Positions 30,060 through 40,103 of a DNA stretch of 58,796 bases are shown one piece after another; the first letter of the stretch is position 1, and each line of letters starts with the position of its first letter. The notes beneath the pieces were generated by a model. It did not search any database and was not told where the DNA came from. It saw nothing but the letters and a program-made list of their open reading frames with translations. A program made the position numbers and the translations under genes. Origin of the DNA: a virus (Duplodnaviria > Caudoviricetes); the IMG/VR virus record IMGVR_UViG_3300042542_005195, positions 1 to 58,796 of that record. One strand, 5' to 3'.

Positions 30060-31616
30060 TTATTTGATTATTTTACTCATGATATCCTTCATTCTTAAGA
30101 ATTGAGGATTTTCGTAAGTTTTTGATTCGATTAATGTCGATGCTGAACCTGATGTTGGAGTTCTTTCAATTTTTTCTTCAATCGATTCAGTCAATGACGA
30201 TTTATTTTTAGATGATAACTCATCTTTGATTGTTCTGTACAAATTTTTTGATTCTTTAATAGTTTCAGCACCATCAAATCTTCTCAAGATGTTAATTTTT
30301 TCTTGTTTAGATGTTGAATGTTCGGTGAATAATCTTGTTGCGTAAGCCAAGTTTGAATTAAAAATAGCTACTTCATTTAATTTATCTCTGAACACATTAA
30401 GTGCTTTACGATATTCTTCGTTTTTCTCTCTTAGAACATTAATTTGTTCTTGGTGTTTTGACTCATCAATATTCATGTTGAATTTTGAGTAAGCTCTAGG
30501 TTTTGGTAATCCACCTTTTCTAAATTTAGAACCCATACCTAATGTACGTGCCGCTTCTTTAGTTTCTTTTTTCTTAAAAGAAGACATCTCTTTTTTAGTT
30601 GATGCGGAAATATCTTTTTTACCTTCTTTGAATTCGAACTTAGGTTTACCCATACCAACACCTCTTGTACCTTGTTTCATAGATTCTTTGAATCCCCCTG
30701 AAGATTTTTTGTAAGAGAATTTTGGTTTTCCGATTTTACCTCCCTTACCAACTTTTGGTTTGGTTGATTCCATCTGCATATCATCGTCAAACTCCATCAT
30801 TTCATCTTCATCAGATTCCATCATTTCGTCGTCCATTTCAATTTCATAAACCACTTCTTCCTCATTTTCACTACTACCGAAAACGGAATCAACGATACTA
30901 TCAATGTCTAACATGTCTTCGTCTTCTTCCATTTCTTCGTAAGATTCCATCATATCATATTCCATGTCGTCTTCTTCCATTTCTTCGTAAGATTCCATCA
31001 TTTCATCTTCCATGTAGTTTTCTTCCATTTCTTCGTAAGATTCCATCATTTCATCTTCCATGTAGTTTTCTTCCATTTCTTCGTAAGATTCCATCATTTC
31101 ATCTTCCATGTAGTTTTCTTCCATTTCTTCTTCGGATTCAGTTTGAATCATATATTCTTTATCTGTGTTTTCGTCTCTAAGATTTATCATCCTGTCGTCC
31201 TTTTTTACTATAACACCGTCATTTTCGTCCATAGCCAAAAAGACTTTAAGTAAATCTTCATCAGAGATATCTTCTCCTGATAAATCAATAACTTCGTCGT
31301 CCATTTCGGTGTCATCTATATCAGAATCCATATCCATATCCATTTCATCAGAATCCATGTCTAAATCCATATCTTCGTCATCAGAATCCATGTCTACATC
31401 CATATCATCAGAATCCATGTCTACATCCATTTCATCATCTGTTGTTTCAATCTCATCATCTTCACCTTGTTCAGATACGATAGATTCTTTTACCAATTCT
31501 TTGATTTCTTCCTTCATAGTTGAAGCAAGTATTCCTTTTGCATTCTCGGCTACAGCCTCTTCCAAATTTTTCATTTGTATAAGAGCCTCTTCCACTAAAT
31601 TTTTTTCTTTTGCCAT
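30060..31616 (-). CDS. Prohead core/scaffolding protein (gp22-like)
   Basis: Very acidic, with a coiled-coil C-terminus, immediately upstream of the MCP. Start moved to MAKEKN at 31616. Confidence 0.8.
   Translation of the reverse strand: MAKEKNLVEEALIQMKNLEEAVAENAKGILASTMKEEIKELVKESIVSEQGEDDEIETTDDEMDVDMDSDDMDVDMDSDDEDMDLDMDSDEMDMDMDSDIDDTEMDDEVIDLSGEDISDEDLLKVFLAMDENDGVIVKKDDRMINLRDENTDKEYMIQTESEEEMEENYMEDEMMESYEEMEENYMEDEMMESYEEMEENYMEDEMMESYEEMEEDDMEYDMMESYEEMEEDEDMLDIDSIVDSVFGSSENEEEVVYEIEMDDEMMESDEDEMMEFDDDMQMESTKPKVGKGGKIGKPKFSYKKSSGGFKESMKQGTRGVGMGKPKFEFKEGKKDISASTKKEMSSFKKKETKEAARTLGMGSKFRKGGLPKPRAYSKFNMNIDESKHQEQINVLREKNEEYRKALNVFRDKLNEVAIFNSNLAYATRLFTEHSTSKQEKINILRRFDGAETIKESKNLYRTIKDELSSKNKSSLTESIEEKIERTPTSGSASTLIESKTYENPQFLRMKDIMSKIIK
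30918..31130. repeat. 48-bp tandem repeat (about 4.4 copies) encoding EEMEENYMEDEMMESY
   Basis: Three identical copies plus degenerate ones, in frame in the scaffold gene. A 21-bp DMDSD-type repeat also lies near 31320-31430. Confidence 0.9.
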
Positions 31617-31710
31617 TTTTTCGTAAAAGTTTATTTTTTCATATAAATATTGTGTTTTTACAAAAAAATCCATTTCACAATAAAATCCTGCAAAAAAAAT
31701 TAAATAAATA

Positions 31711-31742
31711 AAAAAAGGAGGACTTTTTTGGTCCTCCTTTTT
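31711..31742. terminator. Intrinsic terminator
   Basis: AAAAAAGGAGGAC...GTCCTCCTTTTT hairpin. Confidence 0.8.
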
Positions 31743-31758
31743 CAAACTATATTATGTT

Positions 31759-31974
31759 TTATTCTACCTCAATTACTTCATCAATTTTGCTTTCAGCAAT
31801 TGAAGTGATTCTCCAATCATAGGTCAAATCACTGTATCTTTTTGTTATTTTAGCCTCAACGTCCGTAGGACTGTAAGCCTTAACTAACTTTTCTTCTTTG
31901 ACTTTTTTTATTTTTCCCGATTCTGAATCAGGAAATTCATAATAAAGTTTTGCAATAAAATATTTTTCGTCCAT
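31759..31974 (-). CDS. Small hypothetical protein (DUF4494-like)
   Basis: KVKEEKLVKAYSPTDVEAKI pattern; family recalled from memory. Confidence 0.55.
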   Translation of the reverse strand: MDEKYFIAKLYYEFPDSESGKIKKVKEEKLVKAYSPTDVEAKITKRYSDLTYDWRITSIAESKIDEVIEVE

Positions 31975-32020
31975 AGTTTTTTTATTAAAATATCCAAAAA
32001 CATTTTAATAAAATCAAGTA

Positions 32021-32749
32021 TTATTTATTTAGATAGGTATTTAATCTTTTCATCAAATCTAAAGAATCATTACCCGTAGGACCTACATGTCTTTCTCTTT
32101 GAGTTTGTTTTTCTTCTTCTAAATTTTCCTCAAAATTATTTCTGTCTTCAGGATTTGAAAATAAATAAGCACCAGGTGTAGATGGTGACGATACGAGGTC
32201 AAAACAAATTAATTCAAAATCATCTTGAACCTCATTTTGTTCTCCAACCTTTTTCAATGACCCAACTCCTCTTGATGATATACCCAATGTTACACCTTGT
32301 CTTAAATAATTTGCGGCCAAATCACCTTTTGTAGAACATACACCTCTTTCGTGAAATCCTGGGGATGTCAATAATCTTAATTTACCCATTAAGATTTTAC
32401 CATCCCACCATATATCAGTTATAATGTGTGATACTCTGTCCAAATCAATCAAAGATGATTCAGGGTGGTTTAATTCTGAAAGGGAAACTCCCTTATTAAT
32501 TATTTTCTTATAATTCTCGGATTCTCTTTTTAAAATTCTTTCAGGGTAGATTCTACCATTACGATTTGGTGTATCGTATTTTTGTAATACAGCATAAAAC
32601 TCAAAAGGTTTGCTATAATCCATAAACGATTTTGATTCCATCAAATGTTTTTGATTTCCAAATTCTTTTGGTGATACATATCCAGCATCATACTCAATAA
32701 GAATCCCCCTCCCTAAGTCGGAAGGTTTCAATATTTTAAGTTCGTTCAT
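32021..32749 (-). CDS. Prohead protease (T4 gp21-like)
   Basis: NRNGRIYP, ELNHP, GISSRGVGS and FDLVSSPSTPGA. Confidence 0.95.
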   Translation of the reverse strand: MNELKILKPSDLGRGILIEYDAGYVSPKEFGNQKHLMESKSFMDYSKPFEFYAVLQKYDTPNRNGRIYPERILKRESENYKKIINKGVSLSELNHPESSLIDLDRVSHIITDIWWDGKILMGKLRLLTSPGFHERGVCSTKGDLAANYLRQGVTLGISSRGVGSLKKVGEQNEVQDDFELICFDLVSSPSTPGAYLFSNPEDRNNFEENLEEEKQTQRERHVGPTGNDSLDLMKRLNTYLNK

Positions 32750-32779
32750 ATCGATATTTTTATATAAATACCGCAAACT

Positions 32780-33238
32780 TTACATTTCTACCTGAACTAA
32801 TTGAGATTTGTCTTTTTTGCTGATGTGAAAATTAAAATATTCGTTCTTTCTGAATATGTCTGAATGAATACAAGAAACAATACTTTTAACTGATTTTTTT
32901 AATACTTGTGATTTAAAATCTAATTCATCTACCAAATACAAATTAATTTCTAAATTCATAAAAGACCTTTTTTTGTATTGGATTCCACTTGTTCTTAAAT
33001 CTAAATCCACAATGAATTTTTCATCATATAAAGTTTTGTCAAGACAATTTAAAACAACGTGTTTGACTGCTCGAGACATATTAAGAACAATTCTTGTCCA
33101 ATTGTCGTAATCGTCCTTTGGTTCTACCCAAGTTTGAATGTTAATGTAAATTGATTTTAAGTTTTTTGAATCTACTGTTCCATAATTAACTTTTGATGAT
33201 TTGAATCCGCTAATTTTTGCGGTTTTTCCTTTTTTCAT
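32780..33238 (-). CDS. Hypothetical protein
   Basis: 152-aa ORF within the head module. Confidence 0.75.
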   Translation of the reverse strand: MKKGKTAKISGFKSSKVNYGTVDSKNLKSIYINIQTWVEPKDDYDNWTRIVLNMSRAVKHVVLNCLDKTLYDEKFIVDLDLRTSGIQYKKRSFMNLEINLYLVDELDFKSQVLKKSVKSIVSCIHSDIFRKNEYFNFHISKKDKSQLVQVEM

Positions 33239-33307
33239 TCCCTCACTTTTTCCGAGTTTATTTTTGTTGAAAAAAATTTAGGAAATGTTTGTCAAATTGT
33301 CAAAATT

Positions 33308-34033
33308 TTATATGTTATTCACTAAGTTCTTTAAACGAAAATACTCTAATCTGTCAAATTTTTTAATTTTGATGTTATCTATTGTTTCAGAAATTGTATT
33401 TTTGACATTCTCGTCAGATTCTTGTTCCAATATAACAACTAATTTTACAATCGCCTCTTCTTTTAGAAAGTTGAAATTTTCGTTTAATTTAACCTCGTCT
33501 TCTTTTAATAAAGAATTAAGTTCTTTTTTTTCGGATTCATTTAATTCAGATATAAATCCTTCTATTGTGTTATTTGCAACTTTAACCATTGACGACAAAG
33601 GTAAATTAATAACTTCTTTATCTGAATTAATTGGGTTTTTTTTCAGAGTTTCTACAATAACGGATTTGCTTCTCACTTTATTTTCCAACTGTAAAACATC
33701 AGATGAACCATAAAACAAATTATCAATATCAGAATATTGGTTGTGTGAATTTACACCAACAACCCATTTTCTAAGTTTTTCAACATCTTTTTTATCTGTT
33801 TTATTTAAGATATTTTCAAATATTGTGATTGATTCAAAAACAAAATCTTCGGCAAGTTTTTGATTATATCCCTTATTTTCGGATAATTCATCGTATAAAA
33901 AAAACAATTTTGAAATGTTTTTATTGGATAATACGTTCCTATTGAAGTTTTTTATTTCTTCTTTGAAAGTCCCTTTACTATATGATTCTGAAAGCAACTT
34001 CTCAACCTTTGATTTTAAAATACCTATTTTCAT
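33308..34033 (-). CDS. Hypothetical head-module protein
   Basis: Helical, between portal and protease, preceded by TATTTAT. Confidence 0.75.
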   Translation of the reverse strand: MKIGILKSKVEKLLSESYSKGTFKEEIKNFNRNVLSNKNISKLFFLYDELSENKGYNQKLAEDFVFESITIFENILNKTDKKDVEKLRKWVVGVNSHNQYSDIDNLFYGSSDVLQLENKVRSKSVIVETLKKNPINSDKEVINLPLSSMVKVANNTIEGFISELNESEKKELNSLLKEDEVKLNENFNFLKEEAIVKLVVILEQESDENVKNTISETIDNIKIKKFDRLEYFRLKNLVNNI

Positions 34034-34058
34034 TTTTCTGAAATTTTATTAATAAATA

Positions 34059-35867
34059 TCAATCATTTAGTAATCTATCCAATTCTTTACCCATATCACC
34101 TAAAGAATTTCTCGCTTTTGATAAATCTATAAAGTCATCCTCATTTATAAAATCAGTACTTTCAAGTAATATGTTCATGTTTTCTCTTGTTTTGGACTCG
34201 GGGGTAACTCCCGCTTCTCCACCTGGTTCAGGTCCTGGCGGTGGCGGTGGTAATCCACCTCCAATTTCCCCTCCTTCAGGTGGTGGTGGAGGTGAGGCTC
34301 CTGCAGATGCGGTAGTTCCTGATTTTTGACCATATAATTTATCTACGTTATCAAAAATTCCCGTATGAACAATAATTGTAGATGTGTTTGTTAATTCAGC
34401 ACCAACCGCCTTTTCAATTCTTTGTTGTTGTAAATCAAGTTTGATTTCTTCATCAGAGAACCCTAAGATATGTTTTTTGGCCCACGATACTGATACTGGT
34501 GCAATTCCCTCAATTGCGCCGACCGCATCTTTATATAACAACATCTTTTCTTTCCAAACATCAATACCCAATAAATCGGCTTGTTTTGATGGATTGTTAA
34601 GGCCTAATGTAAAATTACTTAGTTCGTCCTCAAAACCTAATAAGAACAAATGTATAATGGCAATTTTATTCATTTCTGCCAACATACTTTTTTGAATTCT
34701 ATTGATAGTTCTTGCAAAACGAATATCCATTAATGATAAATTTTTTCCATCACCAACAGGTTCCTCAAATCCTAAAAACGCTTTTGGAACACGAAGTGCG
34801 GTTAATAATTTCTTTTGGATGTATTCGATATCCGCAATTTCAGCCAAATTTTGAGCACCTGGTAATGTTTCAATAGGACTAGGCGATGCTGGGTCACGAA
34901 CAGGAACAAAATAATCTTGGTCTACTGCCATTTGATTAAATCTTAAATCCACATTTCCTGATTTATGGTCAACAACTTGTTGACGTTTAAATTTGTTTGC
35001 AACACGATTTACATACGCCTCAACATCTTGGTCATCCATGTTTCCAACAAAAACTTTGAAAATCCTTCTTTCAGGCGCTCTTGATGTACGATAAATTAAC
35101 ATTGCGTCCTCTGCCAGAATTAATTGTTTCCAAATACGTCTTGCCTTTTCTAACATTGATGTCCCGTATGGAAGTTTTCTATCATCACCTAATAATCTAA
35201 AATGTGCTACTTCCCATGAATTAAATTCCATATCACGGGCTTTCCATTTGAATCTCAAACCAGTGTTTCTTGGGTCCGCTTCAGTGTTGTACGTTTTTGA
35301 TGCCATACCCATTTCCAATCTTTCAATTTCAATGTTTGGTAATTGCATACAACCAACAACACCTTTTTCAGGGTCTAGTTTCAGATACACAAAATTATCA
35401 CCATATTTACAAGTATTTCTTGTCCACATTGGTAAGTTCGTATTTACGTCCAATGCGTTATTAAATAAATCACTCAAAATTGATTTAATTCTTTGCGAAT
35501 CTGAATAAACCTGAACCATTAAACCATCCTGATTTACAGTTGTTGATTCTTCGCCATAAATGTCAAGTGCTGCAGATATTTCTGGTGTATATTCCATTGA
35601 CTCAAAGTCATAAAACGATGCCAATCTTGTTGGTTCATAATATGTTGCTTGAGTATAAAGGTTATTTTCAATTTTGGTCCATTGATTGGCTAAGTAATAA
35701 GTTTGCTGAGCCTGTAATTTTTCTTTATCGTATTGTTGTTTGGAAGTTGTTTTTAACAACTCCTGTTTGTCATATTGATAAGTTGGGTAGTCCTGACCTA
35801 ACAACGAATAGGGTCCAAATGTTTTGGTTAGCCTTTGCCAAACTGTAAGATTTTGATTATTTTCCAT
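34059..35867 (-). CDS. Portal protein (T4 gp20-like)
   Basis: QL.LAEDAMLIYRTSRAPERRIF.V.VGNM, IETLPGAQNL and LRVP. Confidence 0.96.
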   Translation of the reverse strand: MENNQNLTVWQRLTKTFGPYSLLGQDYPTYQYDKQELLKTTSKQQYDKEKLQAQQTYYLANQWTKIENNLYTQATYYEPTRLASFYDFESMEYTPEISAALDIYGEESTTVNQDGLMVQVYSDSQRIKSILSDLFNNALDVNTNLPMWTRNTCKYGDNFVYLKLDPEKGVVGCMQLPNIEIERLEMGMASKTYNTEADPRNTGLRFKWKARDMEFNSWEVAHFRLLGDDRKLPYGTSMLEKARRIWKQLILAEDAMLIYRTSRAPERRIFKVFVGNMDDQDVEAYVNRVANKFKRQQVVDHKSGNVDLRFNQMAVDQDYFVPVRDPASPSPIETLPGAQNLAEIADIEYIQKKLLTALRVPKAFLGFEEPVGDGKNLSLMDIRFARTINRIQKSMLAEMNKIAIIHLFLLGFEDELSNFTLGLNNPSKQADLLGIDVWKEKMLLYKDAVGAIEGIAPVSVSWAKKHILGFSDEEIKLDLQQQRIEKAVGAELTNTSTIIVHTGIFDNVDKLYGQKSGTTASAGASPPPPPEGGEIGGGLPPPPPGPEPGGEAGVTPESKTRENMNILLESTDFINEDDFIDLSKARNSLGDMGKELDRLLND

Positions 35868-35927
35868 ATAATAAAATTAACTACAAGTATAAATAGATAA
35901 ACAATATATTTGTAGTTAAAATAAATA

Positions 35928-37703
35928 TTATCTCATACCACCAAAAAGCCAATTATACTTCATATATTCCTCCCTTGATGGTCCAGAGTTAAGATTTGGG
36001 TCACCGTATCTTGACGGCATATTCGGAATTTGTGGGTTAAATGCGATTGATTTTGAAGGTAAATCGTCCTCTTGAACCATCCACGAATTTAACATTGCTT
36101 TTGTCTGTTCTGTAACTTTTGTTAATTGACTAAACGAGGATTCTGCAACATACATCGCCATCGCAATTGACATAATTAAGTCGTCATGACCCCCTTTTTG
36201 ATGGTCAGGTCTTCCATTAACGTAAACAAACCCATTCATTTCATTTAACAATCTTGAACTTTTGAGTTTGAACTCATGTCTAACCGCCTCTTCAAAAGAT
36301 GCGATAATTTGAACCCTTTTTGAATTGAAATTAATACCAGGAATTTTTTCCGCTTGTTTAGGGTCATATTTCCATTTATTTTGATAATCAACCCCATCAA
36401 CATATAAATTTTTATATCCCAATTCTTGCATTTTTCTTGATGTAGAAACTCCCATACCTCCCGTGATATCAATTACAACAAACGCTGAATACATATTTGC
36501 CCACTTATAACAAATCTCAGCCATGATATCAGGAGGAAGTTTACCAACAAATTCTGCAACTTGTTCTCTTTCGTCAAAATCAATTATCTGAAATGTTGAA
36601 AAATCCTCGGAATCTCCTCTTGAGACATCGACACCCATTACATACTTATGTCCGGCAACAGGTTCTTTCCAAATCCAAAGTGAATTTGACATCATCTTAT
36701 TTTGAGGTTCCGTAATTTGGTTTTCTCTGATTTTTTGTAGAACCTTTGAGTCAAATACGTTATCCCCTGAACCTAAAAAGTTGCACTCTAATTCTTGTGA
36801 TACTTTTCGTTTGTCGTATTTTAATTTTTTAACCATAGATTCAAACCACGATGATGATGGTTTGTATCCTATTGACATATAATGTTTTATTTTTTCATAA
36901 TGTTCTTGATTTGTAACATCATAATCGTTGATTGGTTTAATTAAATCTTGGCTATAATTTTCTTTATTTAAAAAATAATCAATAATATCATCCGTTTGAA
37001 CCAAATATAAATCTTTTGTATATCTTGGGTCTTTATACCAATACATTTCAGAGATTTTGAAATCATTCATCGCTCTGATTGATTGGTCGTAAATTTCATA
37101 ATAAATTGGGTCGTGCCCGTTTGGTGTTGAGATAACAATCACTTTACCACCCGTAGATAGTGATGCCATACACGCCGACCAAAAGTCAGCATCTGCTTCA
37201 ATATAAGCGGCCTCATCAAAAATAAGAATTGTTGGGGTATATCCACGAAGAGCATCCTTTGATGTTGCAACCGCCTTTACCTCACAACCATTGGTTAATT
37301 TATAGTGTCTTTGTGAATTTTTTTCTTTTGTAAAACCAACATCAACCCACGATGGCCATTGTTCAACAAATGCTCTGACCTTATTCGCCATTTCTTGAGC
37401 GGTATCCAATTTGTTAGCAATAATCAGAATTTTTTCAGGTTTTGTTTTTTTCGCAAATACCAATCTTTTGGACGCCCAAGCCGCGGTTACAGTAGATACA
37501 CCCGCCTGACGATACTTAAGTGCAATATTTTCGTTAAAATTTTCGTAATCATCTAATAAAGATACTTGGTCAGGAAATAATTCTAATGGAACGTATTTAG
37601 ATACAGTATTATCATAGGTCTGTAAATATGTGCGAAGTGCGTAAGGGGTATCCTTTACGCACTTCACATATTCTATTAATACTTGTTCTTTTGTATAACT
37701 CAT
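35928..37703 (-). CDS. terL: Terminase large subunit (gp17-like)
   Basis: KYRQAGVST (Walker A variant), LIFDEAA, ISTPNG, GVDVSRG and HDDLIM nuclease motifs. Confidence 0.95.
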   Translation of the reverse strand: MSYTKEQVLIEYVKCVKDTPYALRTYLQTYDNTVSKYVPLELFPDQVSLLDDYENFNENIALKYRQAGVSTVTAAWASKRLVFAKKTKPEKILIIANKLDTAQEMANKVRAFVEQWPSWVDVGFTKEKNSQRHYKLTNGCEVKAVATSKDALRGYTPTILIFDEAAYIEADADFWSACMASLSTGGKVIVISTPNGHDPIYYEIYDQSIRAMNDFKISEMYWYKDPRYTKDLYLVQTDDIIDYFLNKENYSQDLIKPINDYDVTNQEHYEKIKHYMSIGYKPSSSWFESMVKKLKYDKRKVSQELECNFLGSGDNVFDSKVLQKIRENQITEPQNKMMSNSLWIWKEPVAGHKYVMGVDVSRGDSEDFSTFQIIDFDEREQVAEFVGKLPPDIMAEICYKWANMYSAFVVIDITGGMGVSTSRKMQELGYKNLYVDGVDYQNKWKYDPKQAEKIPGINFNSKRVQIIASFEEAVRHEFKLKSSRLLNEMNGFVYVNGRPDHQKGGHDDLIMSIAMAMYVAESSFSQLTKVTEQTKAMLNSWMVQEDDLPSKSIAFNPQIPNMPSRYGDPNLNSGPSREEYMKYNWLFGGMR

Positions 37704-38935
37704 TATACTAATGGTTCTTCCTCATCGTCATCATCACTTCCAAACATAGACTCCCTATCTTGTTGTTTTAATTCTTCTACGATTTCATCAACCATGTATT
37801 GTAACGCCTGTCTTCCTTTAGGGTCACCAGATAAAATAAATTTAGTAAGTTTGAAGAATTTCTTCGGGTCTAATGCCGAAAATCTTTGGAATAGATAATG
37901 TTGAATGTATTTTTTATCTTCATCGAAAAGTTCATCGGGATATGCTTCTGTGAATTTCTCCCAAAAAATAGGACCTAATCTTAAATCCCAAATCTCTGCA
38001 GGAAGTGTATCTTCACTTGCCATAACCATTTCTGCTTGACGAGGGTCGTCAGGTAATCCGTGAGTTCCTAAAACCTCAAAAACACCTTTAACTAATTCGT
38101 GTAATAAAATTGGAAATGTAATACCGCGAGCCTTTACAGTCGGGGGGTCAGTTTCTGTATCAATTTCAGATTGACCCGCTTGTCCTGAACCTCCTGCCGC
38201 CATCATAGATGACATATCCTCAGGATAAATCCAATAAAGGTGGTCTAGAATCGATTGAGACATACCATATAAACGAATAAGTTCAGGATGAATTCTTTCT
38301 AATTCATCAGCAACTAATTGAAACATGTAATGCCCTTTTTTGGATGCTCCACCAATCAAGGCGTTAATAAATCTACGTTTTGCTTTTTGTTGGTCAAATT
38401 TTTCCATTGCGTCCATGAAAGCCTCTAACTCGTCAACATTTTCATTTGCTTCACCAAAAGCATCTTTAATTTCTTCGGGTGTAGATTCTTCTGAAGCTCC
38501 TCTCATACCTTCTGCCGCTCCCATCATACCTGATACCAATTCGGCGTCAAATTGTAAAGCACCTTCAGGAATTGCCATTTCCTTTTTAACTAATTCTACG
38601 GCTAAATTTTCCAAGAATTCTTTATTATTACTTTCAATTTGAGCAATTCTTGGGAATAAGCCCATAGCTGATTGCATCAATCTCATCAGAACCATTTGCG
38701 GTGGTCCTTGGATAGATGAGGTATCCCCCATGAAACGTCTTACATTCTCGACAGATTGTTTAAATCTTTGTGACGATATCAATTCAACAACATCCCTATC
38801 CAATTTTGGTAAACCAGGATGTTCTGCGTAAGGAGTTGTTTTAGATGTGATTTTTCTTTCAATACTTGGGTCCATTCTTTCAGGTCCCTCATAATCAATT
38901 GGTGCTTCGTTAAGTTTTCTTCTATATTTTGCCAT
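37703..38935 (-). CDS. Hypothetical protein (HE motif LLHELVKG)
   Basis: 410 aa, coupled to terL, with an N-terminal KLNE. Confidence 0.8.
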   Translation of the reverse strand: MAKYRRKLNEAPIDYEGPERMDPSIERKITSKTTPYAEHPGLPKLDRDVVELISSQRFKQSVENVRRFMGDTSSIQGPPQMVLMRLMQSAMGLFPRIAQIESNNKEFLENLAVELVKKEMAIPEGALQFDAELVSGMMGAAEGMRGASEESTPEEIKDAFGEANENVDELEAFMDAMEKFDQQKAKRRFINALIGGASKKGHYMFQLVADELERIHPELIRLYGMSQSILDHLYWIYPEDMSSMMAAGGSGQAGQSEIDTETDPPTVKARGITFPILLHELVKGVFEVLGTHGLPDDPRQAEMVMASEDTLPAEIWDLRLGPIFWEKFTEAYPDELFDEDKKYIQHYLFQRFSALDPKKFFKLTKFILSGDPKGRQALQYMVDEIVEELKQQDRESMFGSDDDDEEEPLV

Positions 38936-38944
38936 GACTTATAA

Positions 38945-39703
38945 TTAAAAATTAAGACCTAAATTATCCCACTTCAACCAAGTAGGTACTGAGTTTTTTC
39001 CCGCTTTTGGTGCCGGTTTGATACCAGGTTTCGGACTAAACGGAGTTTTCGGTTTAGTTGTTGGTGTTTTTGGTTTTACAATCGGTTCAGCAGTTTCCGC
39101 TTCATTAGTTTCTTTTTTAGCCTTAGGTGCGGGTTTAATACCAGGTTTTGGATTAAACGGAGTTTTAGGTTTACCTTTCTCAGTTTTTTCTTTTTCCTTT
39201 GGTTTTGAAGGTGCTGTTTCAGTTTCAGAAATCATTTGTAAAAACTCTCCTTTTGTTATTTTTGGTTGAACGTGTCTTTCTAGCAAAGATACAATTTTTT
39301 TTTCCAAAAACAAATTAACGGGGTCTTTCCCTTCCTTAATTGATTTTTTAACATCCATAACACATCTTTCATACTTTTTCTTATCTTTTCTACCAACAGA
39401 TGCGGTACAGATTGCCCAAGGATTGTATTTTTTTGATTTTTTCTTTTTGGCTTCTTTCATTTCACTGTGTTGAACTTTAACCCCTGTTGGTGTCTTGGTT
39501 ACCTTACTGCCTCCATCAATATCAACACCTTGGTTTAGTTCATCATTTGAATATTCAGTATAGGTAGCGGCTTCTTTACTTTCCTTTTTTGATTCATTCA
39601 ATTTCTTATACAACAATCTTAACTGCGATTCAGTTAGATTTGATAATGTTTCGGCATTTAGTCCCATGTCAATTAATTTAAATGCTAGTTTAGTTTTGCT
39701 CAT
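38945..39703 (-). CDS. Basic Lys/Pro-rich putative head/DNA-binding protein
   Basis: LTESQL and LNE motifs; two KPKTPFxPKPGIKPAPKA repeats (39002-39055 and 39119-39172). Confidence 0.7.
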   Translation of the reverse strand: MSKTKLAFKLIDMGLNAETLSNLTESQLRLLYKKLNESKKESKEAATYTEYSNDELNQGVDIDGGSKVTKTPTGVKVQHSEMKEAKKKKSKKYNPWAICTASVGRKDKKKYERCVMDVKKSIKEGKDPVNLFLEKKIVSLLERHVQPKITKGEFLQMISETETAPSKPKEKEKTEKGKPKTPFNPKPGIKPAPKAKKETNEAETAEPIVKPKTPTTKPKTPFSPKPGIKPAPKAGKNSVPTWLKWDNLGLNF

Positions 39704-40103
39704 AAACAACTTTTTTTTCAAATTCTAAAACTATATCTCTTTCATATAGTCTATCCTTTATTGTTTTTTCATCTTCACCAAATCTGAATACCAATCTTTT
39801 TGTCATATCAAAATTGATATCAGAATCATCACTTTCCCACGCTAAGGCAATTACATCGTCCAAAGCGTCAATCATAGAAAAAAAATCGGAGTCCTGAATT
39901 AACGACAATTTAACTTCGTCATTTTTTAGGACTCCGACTTTCTTAATAAACTCTATATTTGGGGGTAGAGGGTTTCCATTTGATGGTTTTGATTCCCAAC
40001 TTTCACCCCAAACATCATTTTTTACATCAGAAAAAATAAATTCATAGATGTTATCACCTTTATAGTTTGGTCCAAGTCCATTAACATAAATTAAATAACT
40101 CAT
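39690..40103 (-). CDS. Hypothetical protein
   Basis: 137-aa coupled ORF. Confidence 0.8.
   Translation of the reverse strand: MSYLIYVNGLGPNYKGDNIYEFIFSDVKNDVWGESWESKPSNGNPLPPNIEFIKKVGVLKNDEVKLSLIQDSDFFSMIDALDDVIALAWESDDSDINFDMTKRLVFRFGEDEKTIKDRLYERDIVLEFEKKVVYEQN

Noticed and set aside
30918-31130. CRISPR array
   Set aside because: The repeats are head-to-tail with no unique spacers and are in frame within the scaffold gene.
30722-31626. Plus-strand ORFs opposite the scaffold, and similar Ser/Phe-rich antisense ORFs elsewhere (e.g. 40167..40835, 33285..33713, 12393..12836)
   Set aside because: They are antisense reflections of Glu/Asp/Lys-rich genes, with no independent motifs or start signals.
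31617-31745. Extended N-terminus of the scaffold given by the ORF track (also 44190..44252 and 32750..32776)
   Set aside because: The extensions run through terminator hairpins and/or the TATTTAT motif; the downstream ATGs fit better.
35928-37703. Intein or intron in the terminase
   Set aside because: The ORF is continuous and of ordinary size, with no C/S...HN splice motifs or LAGLIDADG blocks seen.
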